64,000 bases of DNA from a virus. The notes below the pieces were generated by a model. The model did not search any database, had not been told where the DNA came from, and worked only from the letters and a program-made list of their open reading frames with translations. Both the position numbers and the translations under genes were made by a program. The stretch lies in IMG/VR virus record IMGVR_UViG_3300046535_001151, positions 1 through 64,000 of that record. The stretch is one strand, 5' to 3'. Position 1 is the stretch's first letter. Each line of letters starts with the position of its first letter. This document shows, piece by piece, positions 21,577 to 31,177 of this stretch.

Positions 21577-23767
21577 CCACTCCTAAGTTCTGATCCTCGG
21601 CTGTCGATGCAGAGTTTCGGAAGTCTCGCTTCGGTCCACCAGTGGCTTGGAGGTGGGCCACCATGGCGTCTCGCCTCCGCCTGCGTTCGGCCACCGGTTC
21701 GGCTTCACCACCCGCGGCTTGATGAGCCACATAGTAACCGATCGCACTGGAAAAGATGGCGTCATCGTGCTGACCCCGGGCGTGCTCGGCATCCTCCAAG
21801 GCTCCTTCGGTCACAAAGTGGTGTAACTCCCCCCGAGTGACGGTGGAGTTGAGTCTGAAGTCGGCGACTCCAGACAGGGGGTCTCGGGTGGTCACGGCAT
21901 CGTGGAACTTCTCGATCAGGAGCGGTCGAGTGCGAGCAGACGTGAGCCACCCTATTCGGCGAGTAAACCTCGACGAGGCGTCGGCGGCATCGACGACCTC
22001 CCAGATGTAGAAATTGGAGTAGCCCAGATGTAACTGGAGCAGGTTTTGTACGACGGCTCCATGCTTTTCGAGTTCGATCGCGGCGAGGGCTTCGAGGCCA
22101 TCTTCGTCGGTGTAGAACCTCCCGATCGCATCGGCGATGAACGCGATCTGGGCGGGCCGAATCGTATTCGACACATATTGGGCCACATCCTCGGCGGGTT
22201 CTTCGATCGTGGGTTCTCGCACCACGGTGATCACGGTGTAGTCCTGACCGATCCCGTCGCCAGCATCCACCGCCATGTAGTACCGACGTCGGCCTCGGGC
22301 GCGAGGGTATTCGAAGATCGTCAACACCGAGGCTCTCAGGGATGGAAGTTCCTGGAGTTCTGGACCGCTGATCCGTCTGAAGCCATAGCCCGGGGGAACC
22401 GGATACTGCTCTGCTTCTCGGACTGGCATTCGCGTGCTGAGCGGGGCAGCGGGACGTGTGTCGGCGTGGAGAGCTGCGGCTTTCGGGTCGTCCAGATCGG
22501 CATGGCGGAGTTCGGCGATCTCTCTGCTCGGTTCCACCGCCCAGACATCGCGGATCGGTCGGGCGGACTGATCGATCGCTTGGAGTTCGTCGAGGGTGAA
22601 CACACTTCTCCCGGCGTACTGGAAGGATTCCTCGGGGTTGGAGGGGAATTCCTTCAGGAAGGTGTGGAGATTGCCCTTCTTGAGGTAGTAGGCCCGAGTC
22701 GTCTCATACCAGTAGAGCTGATCGCGGGTGAGATCGAGCTTCCGTCCAATCCATCTGGGGCAGTCCCGATCGAGTTGGGCAGCAACTTTGAGGGTCTCTG
22801 CCGAAGGACTCCAGTCAGTCGGCGCTGGCGAGGAGTATTTGCTCGCCTCCACACACCACGGGATGAACTGGTTGACGAACCGACCTTCTCCATCCTCCGC
22901 CGCGAGCCACTGTTGATGCCACCAGTCACCCGCGAGTTCAGCGGTGGATTCAAAGAGGACCAGCACATCGGGGTTGATCGGAATGCCGGGGAGGAGGGAG
23001 GAGTCGAGCTGCTCGGGGTTGTCCCAGGTGGCTAACTCAGAGATGTGCACCACCGAGTTGGTACGGCCTCTCTCGATATTGCCCTTCTTCCCACCGACTT
23101 CCTGTAGGGCTCCACGGGTCGTCTTGCCCCAGGCGGTTTTGATCGACGAGTAGTTGGTGAGATGGAGTTCTCGACCGGCACTGTAGGGCACGGCCCGTTC
23201 GGGTTTGAGGAACCACGGGAGGTGGTCGTAGATCCGCTCGACCATCCGAAACAAATAGCGGGCCTGTTCCTCGGTGTCGGACCCGGCAATGGCGCGGATG
23301 TACGGCTGCTGGAAGATCCGCTGGCTCACCAAGGCCATTCCCCACGTGGAGATCCCGAGCTGACGGGCCTTGAGAATGTTCAGTAAGAGTCCATCGCGGG
23401 ACTTCGTACGATACCGCTGCATCTCCAAGGTGGCCAGCCGGTCGAGGACAAATTGCTGCGATTCCCAGAAGGGATACAGGGGCCGAATCCCGTGGCCCTC
23501 CTCGTCGATCACCACAAAGGTCTGGAGGTAGAAGGGGGTGTCGTAGGTCGCCCGGAGCTTGGCGGTCGCGGCGAATTGCTCCTCCTCCTCGGTGAGGGAT
23601 CGCATCGGTTCTCCGGCGCCATCGCGACTCGCGACGATCTGAGCCGTCAAGGCTCGTGCGTCATCGACGCTGTAGGTGGGGAATCGTCCCGAGGGAAAGA
23701 GCGACCCGAAACGAGGATCCCGAAGGATTTGTTCGTCTCGGGCCGCGATGAGGCGGGGATGGTACAG
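21503..23767 (-). CDS. terL: Terminase large subunit (probable CTG start at 23767)
   Basis: ILKARQLGIST, Walker B VVHISELA, FESTA, RNase H-like YYMAVDAGDG.GQD, HDDAIFS. Confidence 0.9.
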   Translation of the reverse strand: MYHPRLIAARDEQILRDPRFGSLFPSGRFPTYSVDDARALTAQIVASRDGAGEPMRSLTEEEEQFAATAKLRATYDTPFYLQTFVVIDEEGHGIRPLYPFWESQQFVLDRLATLEMQRYRTKSRDGLLLNILKARQLGISTWGMALVSQRIFQQPYIRAIAGSDTEEQARYLFRMVERIYDHLPWFLKPERAVPYSAGRELHLTNYSSIKTAWGKTTRGALQEVGGKKGNIERGRTNSVVHISELATWDNPEQLDSSLLPGIPINPDVLVLFESTAELAGDWWHQQWLAAEDGEGRFVNQFIPWCVEASKYSSPAPTDWSPSAETLKVAAQLDRDCPRWIGRKLDLTRDQLYWYETTRAYYLKKGNLHTFLKEFPSNPEESFQYAGRSVFTLDELQAIDQSARPIRDVWAVEPSREIAELRHADLDDPKAAALHADTRPAAPLSTRMPVREAEQYPVPPGYGFRRISGPELQELPSLRASVLTIFEYPRARGRRRYYMAVDAGDGIGQDYTVITVVREPTIEEPAEDVAQYVSNTIRPAQIAFIADAIGRFYTDEDGLEALAAIELEKHGAVVQNLLQLHLGYSNFYIWEVVDAADASSRFTRRIGWLTSARTRPLLIEKFHDAVTTRDPLSGVADFRLNSTVTRGELHHFVTEGALEDAEHARGQHDDAIFSSAIGYYVAHQAAGGEAEPVAERRRRRDAMVAHLQATGGPKRDFRNSASTAEDQNLGVDDAREGIDDDAPDALYFGSDRSSA

Positions 23768-23775
23768 AGAGGCTC

Positions 23776-23952
23776 CTACTGAGGGGGAATGCTATCGACC
23801 GCGGCCTTGATCGTGTCGAGACCCGAGGCAATCGTGTCGAGATCCGCCTGCGTAGCGACCGCAGGTCCACGGGCAGCAATCGCCGTGGCGAGCGTGGTGA
23901 TCGCGGTGGATAGGTCAGCGAGTTTGGTCGTGATGTCAGCGACAGTAGCCAT
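23776..23952 (-). CDS. Small amphipathic coiled-coil protein
   Basis: Strong RBS AGGAGGAG; MATVADITTKLADLS... Confidence 0.55.
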   Translation of the reverse strand: MATVADITTKLADLSTAITTLATAIAARGPAVATQADLDTIASGLDTIKAAVDSIPPQ

Positions 23953-23990
23953 GAAATCTCTCCTCCTGAAAATGATGAATCCGAAAAAAG

Positions 23991-24329
23991 TCATGCACCA
24001 ACCACATCGAGGGCGAGTTCAAGGGCCATCACCGTGGCGAGGATCGCGGGGTTGTCTTGATCCGCGGCGGGGAGATCCTGATAGACCGTGGTCAGGGCTA
24101 TTCGGGCAATCGCAGGCCACTTGGATCCACTCGCGTCAGCAGCGATGGCTTTCTGGGCCGTGTCCAAGGCGATCGACACCGCGGGTGGCACGTTCGGCAG
24201 CGCGTTGACCTCGGCTTGGAGCGTGGTGAGAAGCGCGGCGATCTGCGAGGGGGTCAGGTGGACCCGGCAGGCCGTCCCGAAGAGGAGCGAGACACTGAGC
24301 ACCGCCGCACACAGTCGGGATCGGATCAT
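23991..24329 (-). CDS. Lipoprotein (possible spanin-type lysis protein)
   Basis: Signal peptide with lipobox-like LLFGTA|C. Confidence 0.5.
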   Translation of the reverse strand: MIRSRLCAAVLSVSLLFGTACRVHLTPSQIAALLTTLQAEVNALPNVPPAVSIALDTAQKAIAADASGSKWPAIARIALTTVYQDLPAADQDNPAILATVMALELALDVVGA

Positions 24330-24330
24330 C

Positions 24331-24681
24331 TTAGGCCCCTCTGAACATGGGAAATTTCTGATCGAGTTTGGCGAGGAGTTCGCCGGTGTTTTGGAGCGCA
24401 CAGATCACCGCGGTGGCCGAGGCGATCACGAGGATCTCGCGGATCTTGATGTGATCGAGAACCTGGAGGTTGATCACCGTGCCGGCGATCCCGAGGCCCG
24501 AGGTGGCCAGTAGCGATTGGATGAAGGCCCGCCCCGAGCGGATCAGGATCGAGGCGATCGGGGTGATCGTCTGGTAGATGATGTTCGGTTCGTGCTCGCG
24601 GGTTTCGATGATCCCGGTGATGGGCTGATCGTCTCGGCGCACACCGGTCACGACAATGGACGGTTCAGTCGTCGAGGCCAT
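24331..24681 (-). CDS. Holin-like membrane protein
   Basis: Two hydrophobic segments; lies in lysis region. Confidence 0.5.
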   Translation of the reverse strand: MASTTEPSIVVTGVRRDDQPITGIIETREHEPNIIYQTITPIASILIRSGRAFIQSLLATSGLGIAGTVINLQVLDHIKIREILVIASATAVICALQNTGELLAKLDQKFPMFRGA

Positions 24682-24884
24682 CAGGTGTCCTTCACCGGAA
24701 ACGAGTCACCACACTGGTGGCAGTGGGCCGTGCCGTCCCGATGGAGGGTGATTCTATGCGACTCGGTAGTGTTTGCACAGGTGCAGGTCGGGCAGATCAA
24801 GGTCAGGGCCACGGCGTGACGATGCGCGTCGTCGAGGAAGGGGAAGACCGTGCGAATCGCCTCGTGAAATTGATCGGGCATCAC
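24681..24884 (-). CDS. Small zinc-finger protein
   Basis: CPTC...CHQC. Confidence 0.5.
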   Translation of the reverse strand: MMPDQFHEAIRTVFPFLDDAHRHAVALTLICPTCTCANTTESHRITLHRDGTAHCHQCGDSFPVKDT

Positions 24885-25984
24885 GGTTTCACGAAGACTT
24901 GACAGTTCATCCCCATCGCATCGCAGAAGCGGAACGTCGGCGGCACGCTGTTATCCTGTTGGAAGATTCCCGGCAGCGTCGTCCACACCGGCGGCGGCGG
25001 GGTATCTCCCACCTGCACCGTGACCACCAGCAGGGACGTAGCCTGCTCATTCGCCTGAATCCCCGGCCTCCCGCCGTTGCTGTCCTGTTGCCAGATCGCC
25101 GCCACCTTATGCGTCCCCGGCCCGAGAATCGCCGGATCGAACGGCGAGGGCAGGATCAGCGTCCGGTTGGCGGGCGCCGTGCCTTCGTTAATCAGGATGC
25201 CTTCGCTGTCATGGTGCAGGTCCATGTCGTAGCGCGTCATGCCGATGCCATCCGGCAGGTCGGGATCCACGATGTAGCCAAAGAGCTTCGGCGTGGTGCC
25301 CGTAATCGCGGTCGTAATCGGCGCCAGAATCGGGATGATGTAATCGTATTGCGTGGCCGTCCCGCCAATCTTGCCTTCGGGCATATCGTGCAGCGACGAC
25401 GGGTTGTTGTTCGTGCCGATGTAGGGTCCACCCTGAGCTAAGAACTCCTCCGGCGCCGACGGGTCCACCATCGAGAAGAACGGCAGGATCAGGATGTTAT
25501 CCGTGAAGTCGCCGTTTTTGAAGTAGGTCCGCGCAATGGCCTGGACGGCAAACCAGCCCTTCTTCGGCACGGTATGCCCCGACACCCCGTCATTCCACGA
25601 GAGGCTGAAATCCACGGTGAAGTGTCCGGTGATGCTGACCACCCCAGTCGGATCGCCGACCAGCGGCAGGGGCCGGTCAAAGACCACGTTGTTAATCAGC
25701 GGTCCCCGCACCGGCACATAATCCGTGATCGCGCCTTCGACCTGAAACAGCGTGATACTGAAGGGCACCGTAAAACTGGCGCCCATCTCCCCATACACCG
25801 GGCTCGTGATGTCCAGATGTGTATGCGCCAGCGAGGGCGAGTGCATCTGGGGCACCGTCGTGGGGTCTGGATTGCTGTTCCCCGGCCGCCAGTGGGCTTG
25901 CGCCGAGATAGTGGGCCACTTCGACGGGTCTGCGTATTCCGTCACCGTCGGATCATAGGGATAGGCGTGAATCTTGATGGACAC
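24881..25984 (-). CDS. Hypothetical Pro-rich beta protein
   Basis: GTG at 25984 overlapping upstream TAG. Confidence 0.55.
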   Translation of the reverse strand: MSIKIHAYPYDPTVTEYADPSKWPTISAQAHWRPGNSNPDPTTVPQMHSPSLAHTHLDITSPVYGEMGASFTVPFSITLFQVEGAITDYVPVRGPLINNVVFDRPLPLVGDPTGVVSITGHFTVDFSLSWNDGVSGHTVPKKGWFAVQAIARTYFKNGDFTDNILILPFFSMVDPSAPEEFLAQGGPYIGTNNNPSSLHDMPEGKIGGTATQYDYIIPILAPITTAITGTTPKLFGYIVDPDLPDGIGMTRYDMDLHHDSEGILINEGTAPANRTLILPSPFDPAILGPGTHKVAAIWQQDSNGGRPGIQANEQATSLLVVTVQVGDTPPPPVWTTLPGIFQQDNSVPPTFRFCDAMGMNCQVFVKP

Positions 25985-27141
25985 TAGGTTCTCCTGAATC
26001 GGGTTAGCCCCTGCGAGGGGCCGGATTGATCGGCTTGCCAGCCGGCGCATGCCGTGGGCTGACTCCGCTGCGTCTGCACTTGTGTCACCCAGCACTGCGG
26101 TTCGATGATCTTGCCGTAGCTACGGGTTTCGAGATCGTCGCTGTGGTGACAGATTGCGGGGGCGTCTAACGGGGCGTAGGTCCAGTGACAGCCGCCATCG
26201 CCCTGTTCTTCGCCGCGCATGAACAACTCGATCTGGGTTTGTGCGGGTACCCACGCGGCAGCTTGGAAGAAGGCCACGGCACAGGATCGCTGAATCGGCT
26301 GGAGAGGACGAGACAAGATCCCGCTGTCGGAGTGGAAGGTGGATCCGGCTCCTTCGAGTTGTCCTACCGCGGCGGCATCGGCGAAGTTCCCCGGGTCCGT
26401 GTCGCGCTTCCCGTCGATGGCGACTTCAGCCGCCCCCATGATCTCGTCAGAGACGACTGGGACATGGGCGATCTGTCGGACGTCGAGTTCATCTTTCAGG
26501 TGCCTCGGCCAGTCGGCTGATCGGGGAGGGTGGATCGTGACCCAGTCGCCTGCGTAGGATCCATCACCGGCTCCTGTGGCGATCATGCGGCCGGGACCTT
26601 TGATCCGCTGGTAGATCGCATACGCCCGTGCATCGCCACCATTCAGGTTGCTGTGCTGACTCGGTTCGTTGGCGACTTCTCCGAAGGCGTTTGGCTCATC
26701 GAGAATCTCAGCGGCCCGATCGATATGGGCATCCAGCTCCGCGTCGGACATGATGTCGGCACTGTCGGCGCAGAACACAAACGAGAAGCGGCAGCTCCAG
26801 CGGGAGAAGAGGTAGCGAGCGAAGGGTTTGAGTTCGGTGTAGTACGTCTCACCCCAGTCTTGTGGATGGAGACGAGCGAAGGAGTTCACCATCCCGAGGA
26901 CCCGCATCGTGTTGGGGCCGGGATTCAGCGAGAGATAGTCGGCCATGGTGGGATCGATCGCGGCGGGACCGCCCATCAGCCAGAGCTGGTAGAGGAGGAA
27001 GTTGGTCATGCCGCGGTAGGGCCAGATCGCGTTCTGCTCGTCCTTGAAGACGAGGCCGTCAATGTGGATCCGGCCGGTCTGTCCAGCCCCGGATCCGCCA
27101 CCGCTGCCGCCGAGGATCACATGGGCGAGCGCGGGTCTCAT
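25984..27141 (-). CDS. Clan GH-A (GH5-like) TIM-barrel glycoside hydrolase
   Basis: IHIDGLVFKDE, NTMRV, acid/base EVANEP, nucleophile-like PVVSDE, TFH. Confidence 0.6.
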   Translation of the reverse strand: MRPALAHVILGGSGGGSGAGQTGRIHIDGLVFKDEQNAIWPYRGMTNFLLYQLWLMGGPAAIDPTMADYLSLNPGPNTMRVLGMVNSFARLHPQDWGETYYTELKPFARYLFSRWSCRFSFVFCADSADIMSDAELDAHIDRAAEILDEPNAFGEVANEPSQHSNLNGGDARAYAIYQRIKGPGRMIATGAGDGSYAGDWVTIHPPRSADWPRHLKDELDVRQIAHVPVVSDEIMGAAEVAIDGKRDTDPGNFADAAAVGQLEGAGSTFHSDSGILSRPLQPIQRSCAVAFFQAAAWVPAQTQIELFMRGEEQGDGGCHWTYAPLDAPAICHHSDDLETRSYGKIIEPQCWVTQVQTQRSQPTACAGWQADQSGPSQGLTRFRRT

Positions 27142-27422
27142 AGCATCGTCAGTCCGGCGCCGGGAATGATCGTGCCCGGGCAGTTGGGCCGGTCGGGCAC
27201 CATCAGCAGGTTGCCGTTCACGATCGAGTAGATCGTAAAGCCGCTCACCTGATCGGGCGGGACGGCTTCGAGTCTCACCGGGGTCTCGGTGAAGAAGGTG
27301 GCGAGAATGGTCGCGGATCCGCGTGGGTAGTGCACACAGACCTTCCCGGGGATCCGGTTCCCGTCGCTGTTGATCGCGGGAAACAGTTGATCCTGGAGAA
27401 TGATGTCGACGTGATCGATCAT
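27138..27422 (-). CDS. Hypothetical protein
   Basis: ATGA overlaps on both sides. Confidence 0.5.
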   Translation of the reverse strand: MIDHVDIILQDQLFPAINSDGNRIPGKVCVHYPRGSATILATFFTETPVRLEAVPPDQVSGFTIYSIVNGNLLMVPDRPNCPGTIIPGAGLTML

Positions 27423-27814
27423 GCAACAGCTCCTTCTGGCACAGTTTGGATCGTGAGTCGGACGTCTTCGTGACTCGCCAGCGCCTGTGCGATCATGCCT
27501 TGGACCTTGGTGAGGGCGATCCGGGATTCACTCAGGCTGTCCACGAGGACTCCACGCCCGACGAGGATACACCCATCGGTATCCAAGTCGGTATTGCCGG
27601 CGTGGATGCGGATCCCTGATCGGCCTTCGACATTCTCCACGAGCGGGAGGAGACGACCGAATCGTGTGGAGGGGGTGATCACCACCGGATACGTGCCGAG
27701 GGGGATCATGCGGGAGGATTTTTCAAGGGTGAAACAGATCCAGACGCCGTCGATTAGGAGATCGCCCAGGACGACCCCGTCCGCCGGCACTTGACGGGTG
27801 AGCGTCATTCTCAC
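27419..27814 (-). CDS. DUF5675-family putative endolysin (His/Cys, YkuD-like motif)
   Basis: CFTLE, IPLGTY.V...S.RF, V.GRSGIRIHAGN...DTDGCILVG. Confidence 0.75.
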   Translation of the reverse strand: MRMTLTRQVPADGVVLGDLLIDGVWICFTLEKSSRMIPLGTYPVVITPSTRFGRLLPLVENVEGRSGIRIHAGNTDLDTDGCILVGRGVLVDSLSESRIALTKVQGMIAQALASHEDVRLTIQTVPEGAVA

Positions 27815-28095
27815 CTGTTACCCTCACCACTTCTGTTTCCAGTTTGGAAGTCGATTCGATTCTGTGTCGCTTCGACCCGACCGATCATTCTGGCCAACCG
27901 TTCCCCCACCACCACCTGGGTTTCTTCGTAGCGATCGAGCCGGTCGGCGTGCTGGCTGAGGATCGAGGTATGCCCTTGCACCAACTGTTGGAGGGTGCCG
28001 AGGCGAAGGCCAATCCCGATGGCGGCGGTCAGGATACTCACGGCAATGGCCAGACTTCCCAACAGATCACTCGTGACTTGGAGTCCGAACAGCAT
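27811..28095 (-). CDS. Single-TM coiled-coil protein (holin/lysis accessory)
   Basis: N-terminal TM helix then coiled coil, upstream of endolysin. Confidence 0.5.
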   Translation of the reverse strand: MLFGLQVTSDLLGSLAIAVSILTAAIGIGLRLGTLQQLVQGHTSILSQHADRLDRYEETQVVVGERLARMIGRVEATQNRIDFQTGNRSGEGNR

Positions 28096-28831
28096 CAGGG
28101 GGATCCTCCGGGGGCAATTCGATCGGGGTACGGAGGATCCCGCTCAGGGCATCGTGCAGCCGATCGAGGGTACCGCCGGGTCTCCCACCACTCGCGGTGG
28201 CGATGACATTCGTTTGGACGTTGGTGTTGACGTTGACACTGCCACCCTTCTGCAGGAAGCCCAGAAGGCCGAGGACGACCTTCTGATGATCGAGGCTGGA
28301 GGCGATCACGACGGACCCGGATCCTTTGCAGGTGCCACAGTCCTTCGCGTCGATCTCACCCGAGCCTTCACAACTTGCACAGGGCTGGGTCGTGGTCTGG
28401 CATTTGTCGAGGATGTCTTTGACGATGGCGGGGACTTGATCGGCGATCTCGCTGATGGCCTGCACATGGGCTCGAGCGAGATGTCCCCGCTTGTAGGCAT
28501 CGAACAGCTGGCCGATCGTGCAGTCCGCTTCCACACAGAGTTCCACGAGCGGAAGGGATTTCAGTGTGGAGGTCGCGAGTTTGTTGACGAGGCGCTGTTC
28601 GAACGGCTGGAGCTTCGGGTTCGATTCGATCACCGCGATCAACTGGGCTCGTCCACCGACGGTGTCTTCAAAGGTGGCGAGCGCGTCTTGTACAGGTGAG
28701 GGAGGGAAATCTTCGGGATCGATCACCGCGAGGGACTGTGGTTCGGACTGTTGTGGGCGTCGATGGCCTCGTCCCCCGGTCAGCCCGGGACCGTGCATAT
28801 TGCCGCGGGGGGTCTGCATCAGGACTTTCAT
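28067..28831 (-). CDS. Terminase small subunit-like protein with DnaJ-type CxxCxGxG zinc finger
   Basis: Helical; CASCEGSG...CGTCKGSG; VNVNTNVQTNV C-terminal strand; heads the late arm. Confidence 0.45.
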   Translation of the reverse strand: MKVLMQTPRGNMHGPGLTGGRGHRRPQQSEPQSLAVIDPEDFPPSPVQDALATFEDTVGGRAQLIAVIESNPKLQPFEQRLVNKLATSTLKSLPLVELCVEADCTIGQLFDAYKRGHLARAHVQAISEIADQVPAIVKDILDKCQTTTQPCASCEGSGEIDAKDCGTCKGSGSVVIASSLDHQKVVLGLLGFLQKGGSVNVNTNVQTNVIATASGGRPGGTLDRLHDALSGILRTPIELPPEDPPDAVRTPSHE

Positions 28832-29148
28832 TGAACCCGCAGACCGCCAGTGCCTAACTTTTCATCGAGGAAATCCACGATCTCCTGCTCCGTCGGAATA
28901 TGGCCGGTTTGTTCGTAGACCTTCTGGGTGAAGGCAGCAATGGCCACCTGTTCAGCATCTCTGGAGTAGGTGATATTGGTGACTTCTTTCACGGCCACAT
29001 CATCCAGTGGTTCCTCAGGCATCGGGATGAGATACGGCGCGAGCTTCTCCAGCAGCAGGGTTTGTTTGCGCTGTGACTCCGCAAGGGATTCCACCGCACG
29101 AATGAATCTGCGTTGACTGAACAGGCTGGCGAACCGCGGCAGTTTCAC
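28828..29148 (-). CDS. Hypothetical protein
   Basis: GTG at 29148 with AGGAGG RBS. Confidence 0.55.
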   Translation of the reverse strand: MKLPRFASLFSQRRFIRAVESLAESQRKQTLLLEKLAPYLIPMPEEPLDDVAVKEVTNITYSRDAEQVAIAAFTQKVYEQTGHIPTEQEIVDFLDEKLGTGGLRVQ

Positions 29149-29524
29149 TCCAACCCTCCTTTGGCTACATGAAACTGCACCACACACGCCGCACAGTGAC
29201 ACCGTCCTCGCCCAATCCAGGTGATCTTCTTCTCCTGAATCAACAACAGCACCTCTTCCTCACAGAAGATACACCGTTTATGGATCAGTTCATCGCCGCC
29301 GAGGAGGGTTTCGACCAGTGTGGTCATGGAGAATCTCTGCCGGAGAGTATAGAGGGAAGTGGGGAAATGTGGATCACAGGGGGGTGCACACAAAAATATA
29401 TCGTGCAACAACTTGAAAAAATTATCGGTGAAGTCAGTGCACGGACAGCCACCCCCCACCCTACCCTCCCGGACAATGACCCGCCTATCGTCGACGGCCG
29501 CGGGACAGTCGAGCGGGACTAGAC

Positions 29525-29579
29525 AGCTGTCGACACTCGACCTCGAGCTAGTGAGCTGTCGACACTGCCGGCTCGAGCT
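29525..29579. repeat. ~29-bp imperfect tandem repeat rich in palindromes
   Basis: AGCTGTCGACACT at 29525 and 29554; CTCGAGCT at 29542 and 29572. Confidence 0.7.
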
Positions 29580-29611
29580 GTAGATCTGTTGGTGGTCGAC
29601 CGATAGTCTAA

Positions 29612-29648
29612 TTGACAGGTTGACAGGTTGACAGGATGTATGTATAGT
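29612..29648 (+). promoter_or_regulatory. Consensus sigma70 early promoter within (TTGACAGG)x3
   Basis: TTGACA 29620-25, 17 nt, TATAGT 29643-48; RBS GGAGG downstream. Confidence 0.8.
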
Positions 29649-29666
29649 TGGATTGGAGGTAGGGAG

Positions 29667-29888
29667 ATGAGACGAGCTAAGTTTGACGGCGGCCGTTATC
29701 ACGTGGTCATTGTTGACGAACAAGATCTAAACGCGGTCGAGCCCGAGTCTGCACTGATCGAAAAGGACGATTTGGAGTTGTGTAAGAACATCCTGGCGGA
29801 ATATCTCAGTGATACTGCCGGCATTGTTCGGGCGTTTATCGAGGATTCGACCACAGGTAAACACGTCTATACCTGGATTAGGAACTAA
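29667..29888 (+). CDS. Small early protein
   Basis: ATG at 29667 after RBS, downstream of promoter. Confidence 0.55.
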   Translation: MRRAKFDGGRYHVVIVDEQDLNAVEPESALIEKDDLELCKNILAEYLSDTAGIVRAFIEDSTTGKHVYTWIRN

Positions 29889-29939
29889 CTACTCCCAGTG
29901 ATGACAATTTTTGTCACGACTGACACTTTTTGTCACTTA

Positions 29940-29977
29940 CCTGTCAGGTTGACAGGCGCCCGCGACTCTGCTACATT
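29940..29977 (+). promoter_or_regulatory. Sigma70 promoter with overlapping inverted repeat (operator)
   Basis: CCTGTCA-GGT-TGACAGG; TTGACA 29949, 17 nt, TGnTACATT. Confidence 0.75.
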
Positions 29978-30024
29978 CAGTTTGCCCACAGTCGCTAGCA
30001 TTCAGCTAGCACGGTTGGGCGGAG

Positions 30025-31116
30025 GTGATGCACATGGAACTTTTTCACGCCAATCAACAGTGGTCGACCCGTCCCGCAGATCAGGAATTCCCCACCGTTC
30101 AGGCGTTGTTCGATGCCACCAAGGCGTACGCGGATACCGCAAGGGAACGTCCAAACGTATCGGTTAACTCCCTCAGAGTTGAGGCGATCGACGGTGATGT
30201 TCAGCTTGTCGGCCGCGGCGGAGTGCCCGCACGGTTGACCCACTGGTCATTCGGTCAGCTCGCCGCACGGGTTGAGGCGCCCGCCAGCTACTTGCGCGAT
30301 CTCCCTGCCACCCTCGCGGCACAGAACCTCAATCACGGGCTAGCCCGGAGGGTTGCCTCCGATCAGGATGCGACCGCGAACCTACTGTTTCACACCAACG
30401 GGTCGCTGCTACTGCGGGCGATTACCTCGGACAAGTACTCACGCGTCTGGAACTATGAGGTAGCCGAGCGCTTGCTCGAGCTGCAGGCGAGTGGATGGAC
30501 TCCGGCAACTCCGGACGTGCGGTCGATGGGTGAGGGCGATCGGGTTCCGCTGTACGCCAGTGACCACGATATGTTCGCATTTCTGATGCATCCTGATCGT
30601 GAGGTCAGGGAGATCGGGAACCCGTCAGGACTCAAACGCGGATTGATCGCGGGTAACTCCGAGGTCGGAGGCGGGTCACTGTGGCTGTTGAGGTTTCTGT
30701 ACCGTGAAATGTGCGGGAATCACATTATCTGGGGGGCGGAAGATGTCAGCGAGATCCGGGCCCGGCATGTGGGCAACGTCCGGGACACCTTCGCGAAGTG
30801 GCAGATCGACATCCGGCGATATCTGGACGAGTCGCCGCTTGCCCAGGAAGCGAAGATCGCTGAGGCACAGACCCGCAAGATCGCCGGCACGAAGGAGCAG
30901 CTGTTAGACGCCTTGTTCGGTAAACGGTCACTGGGACTCAGTCGCAAGGCGTTAGAGGCGTCATTCGACGCGGTCGTACCGGATCAGGATGGTGACCCGT
31001 TGACGGTCTGGGGGTACGCCCAAGGCGTCACGCGATACAGTCAGACCCTCGATTACACCGATGAACGAGTCAAGATCGATCGGGCCGCGGGCAAACTGTT
31101 AGAGATGGCATTCTAG
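30025..31116 (+). CDS. DUF932-like early phage protein
   Basis: LTHWSFGQL, RAITSDKYSR, NSEVG, LYREMCGN, TVWGYAQGVT; RBS GGAGGT. Confidence 0.65.
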   Translation: MMHMELFHANQQWSTRPADQEFPTVQALFDATKAYADTARERPNVSVNSLRVEAIDGDVQLVGRGGVPARLTHWSFGQLAARVEAPASYLRDLPATLAAQNLNHGLARRVASDQDATANLLFHTNGSLLLRAITSDKYSRVWNYEVAERLLELQASGWTPATPDVRSMGEGDRVPLYASDHDMFAFLMHPDREVREIGNPSGLKRGLIAGNSEVGGGSLWLLRFLYREMCGNHIIWGAEDVSEIRARHVGNVRDTFAKWQIDIRRYLDESPLAQEAKIAEAQTRKIAGTKEQLLDALFGKRSLGLSRKALEASFDAVVPDQDGDPLTVWGYAQGVTRYSQTLDYTDERVKIDRAAGKLLEMAF

Positions 31117-31177
31117 GTTCGTACCTTGCGTGAGATCCGGAACTAGTACGCCCGGATCTCAGCGGAGGGTACGAGCT

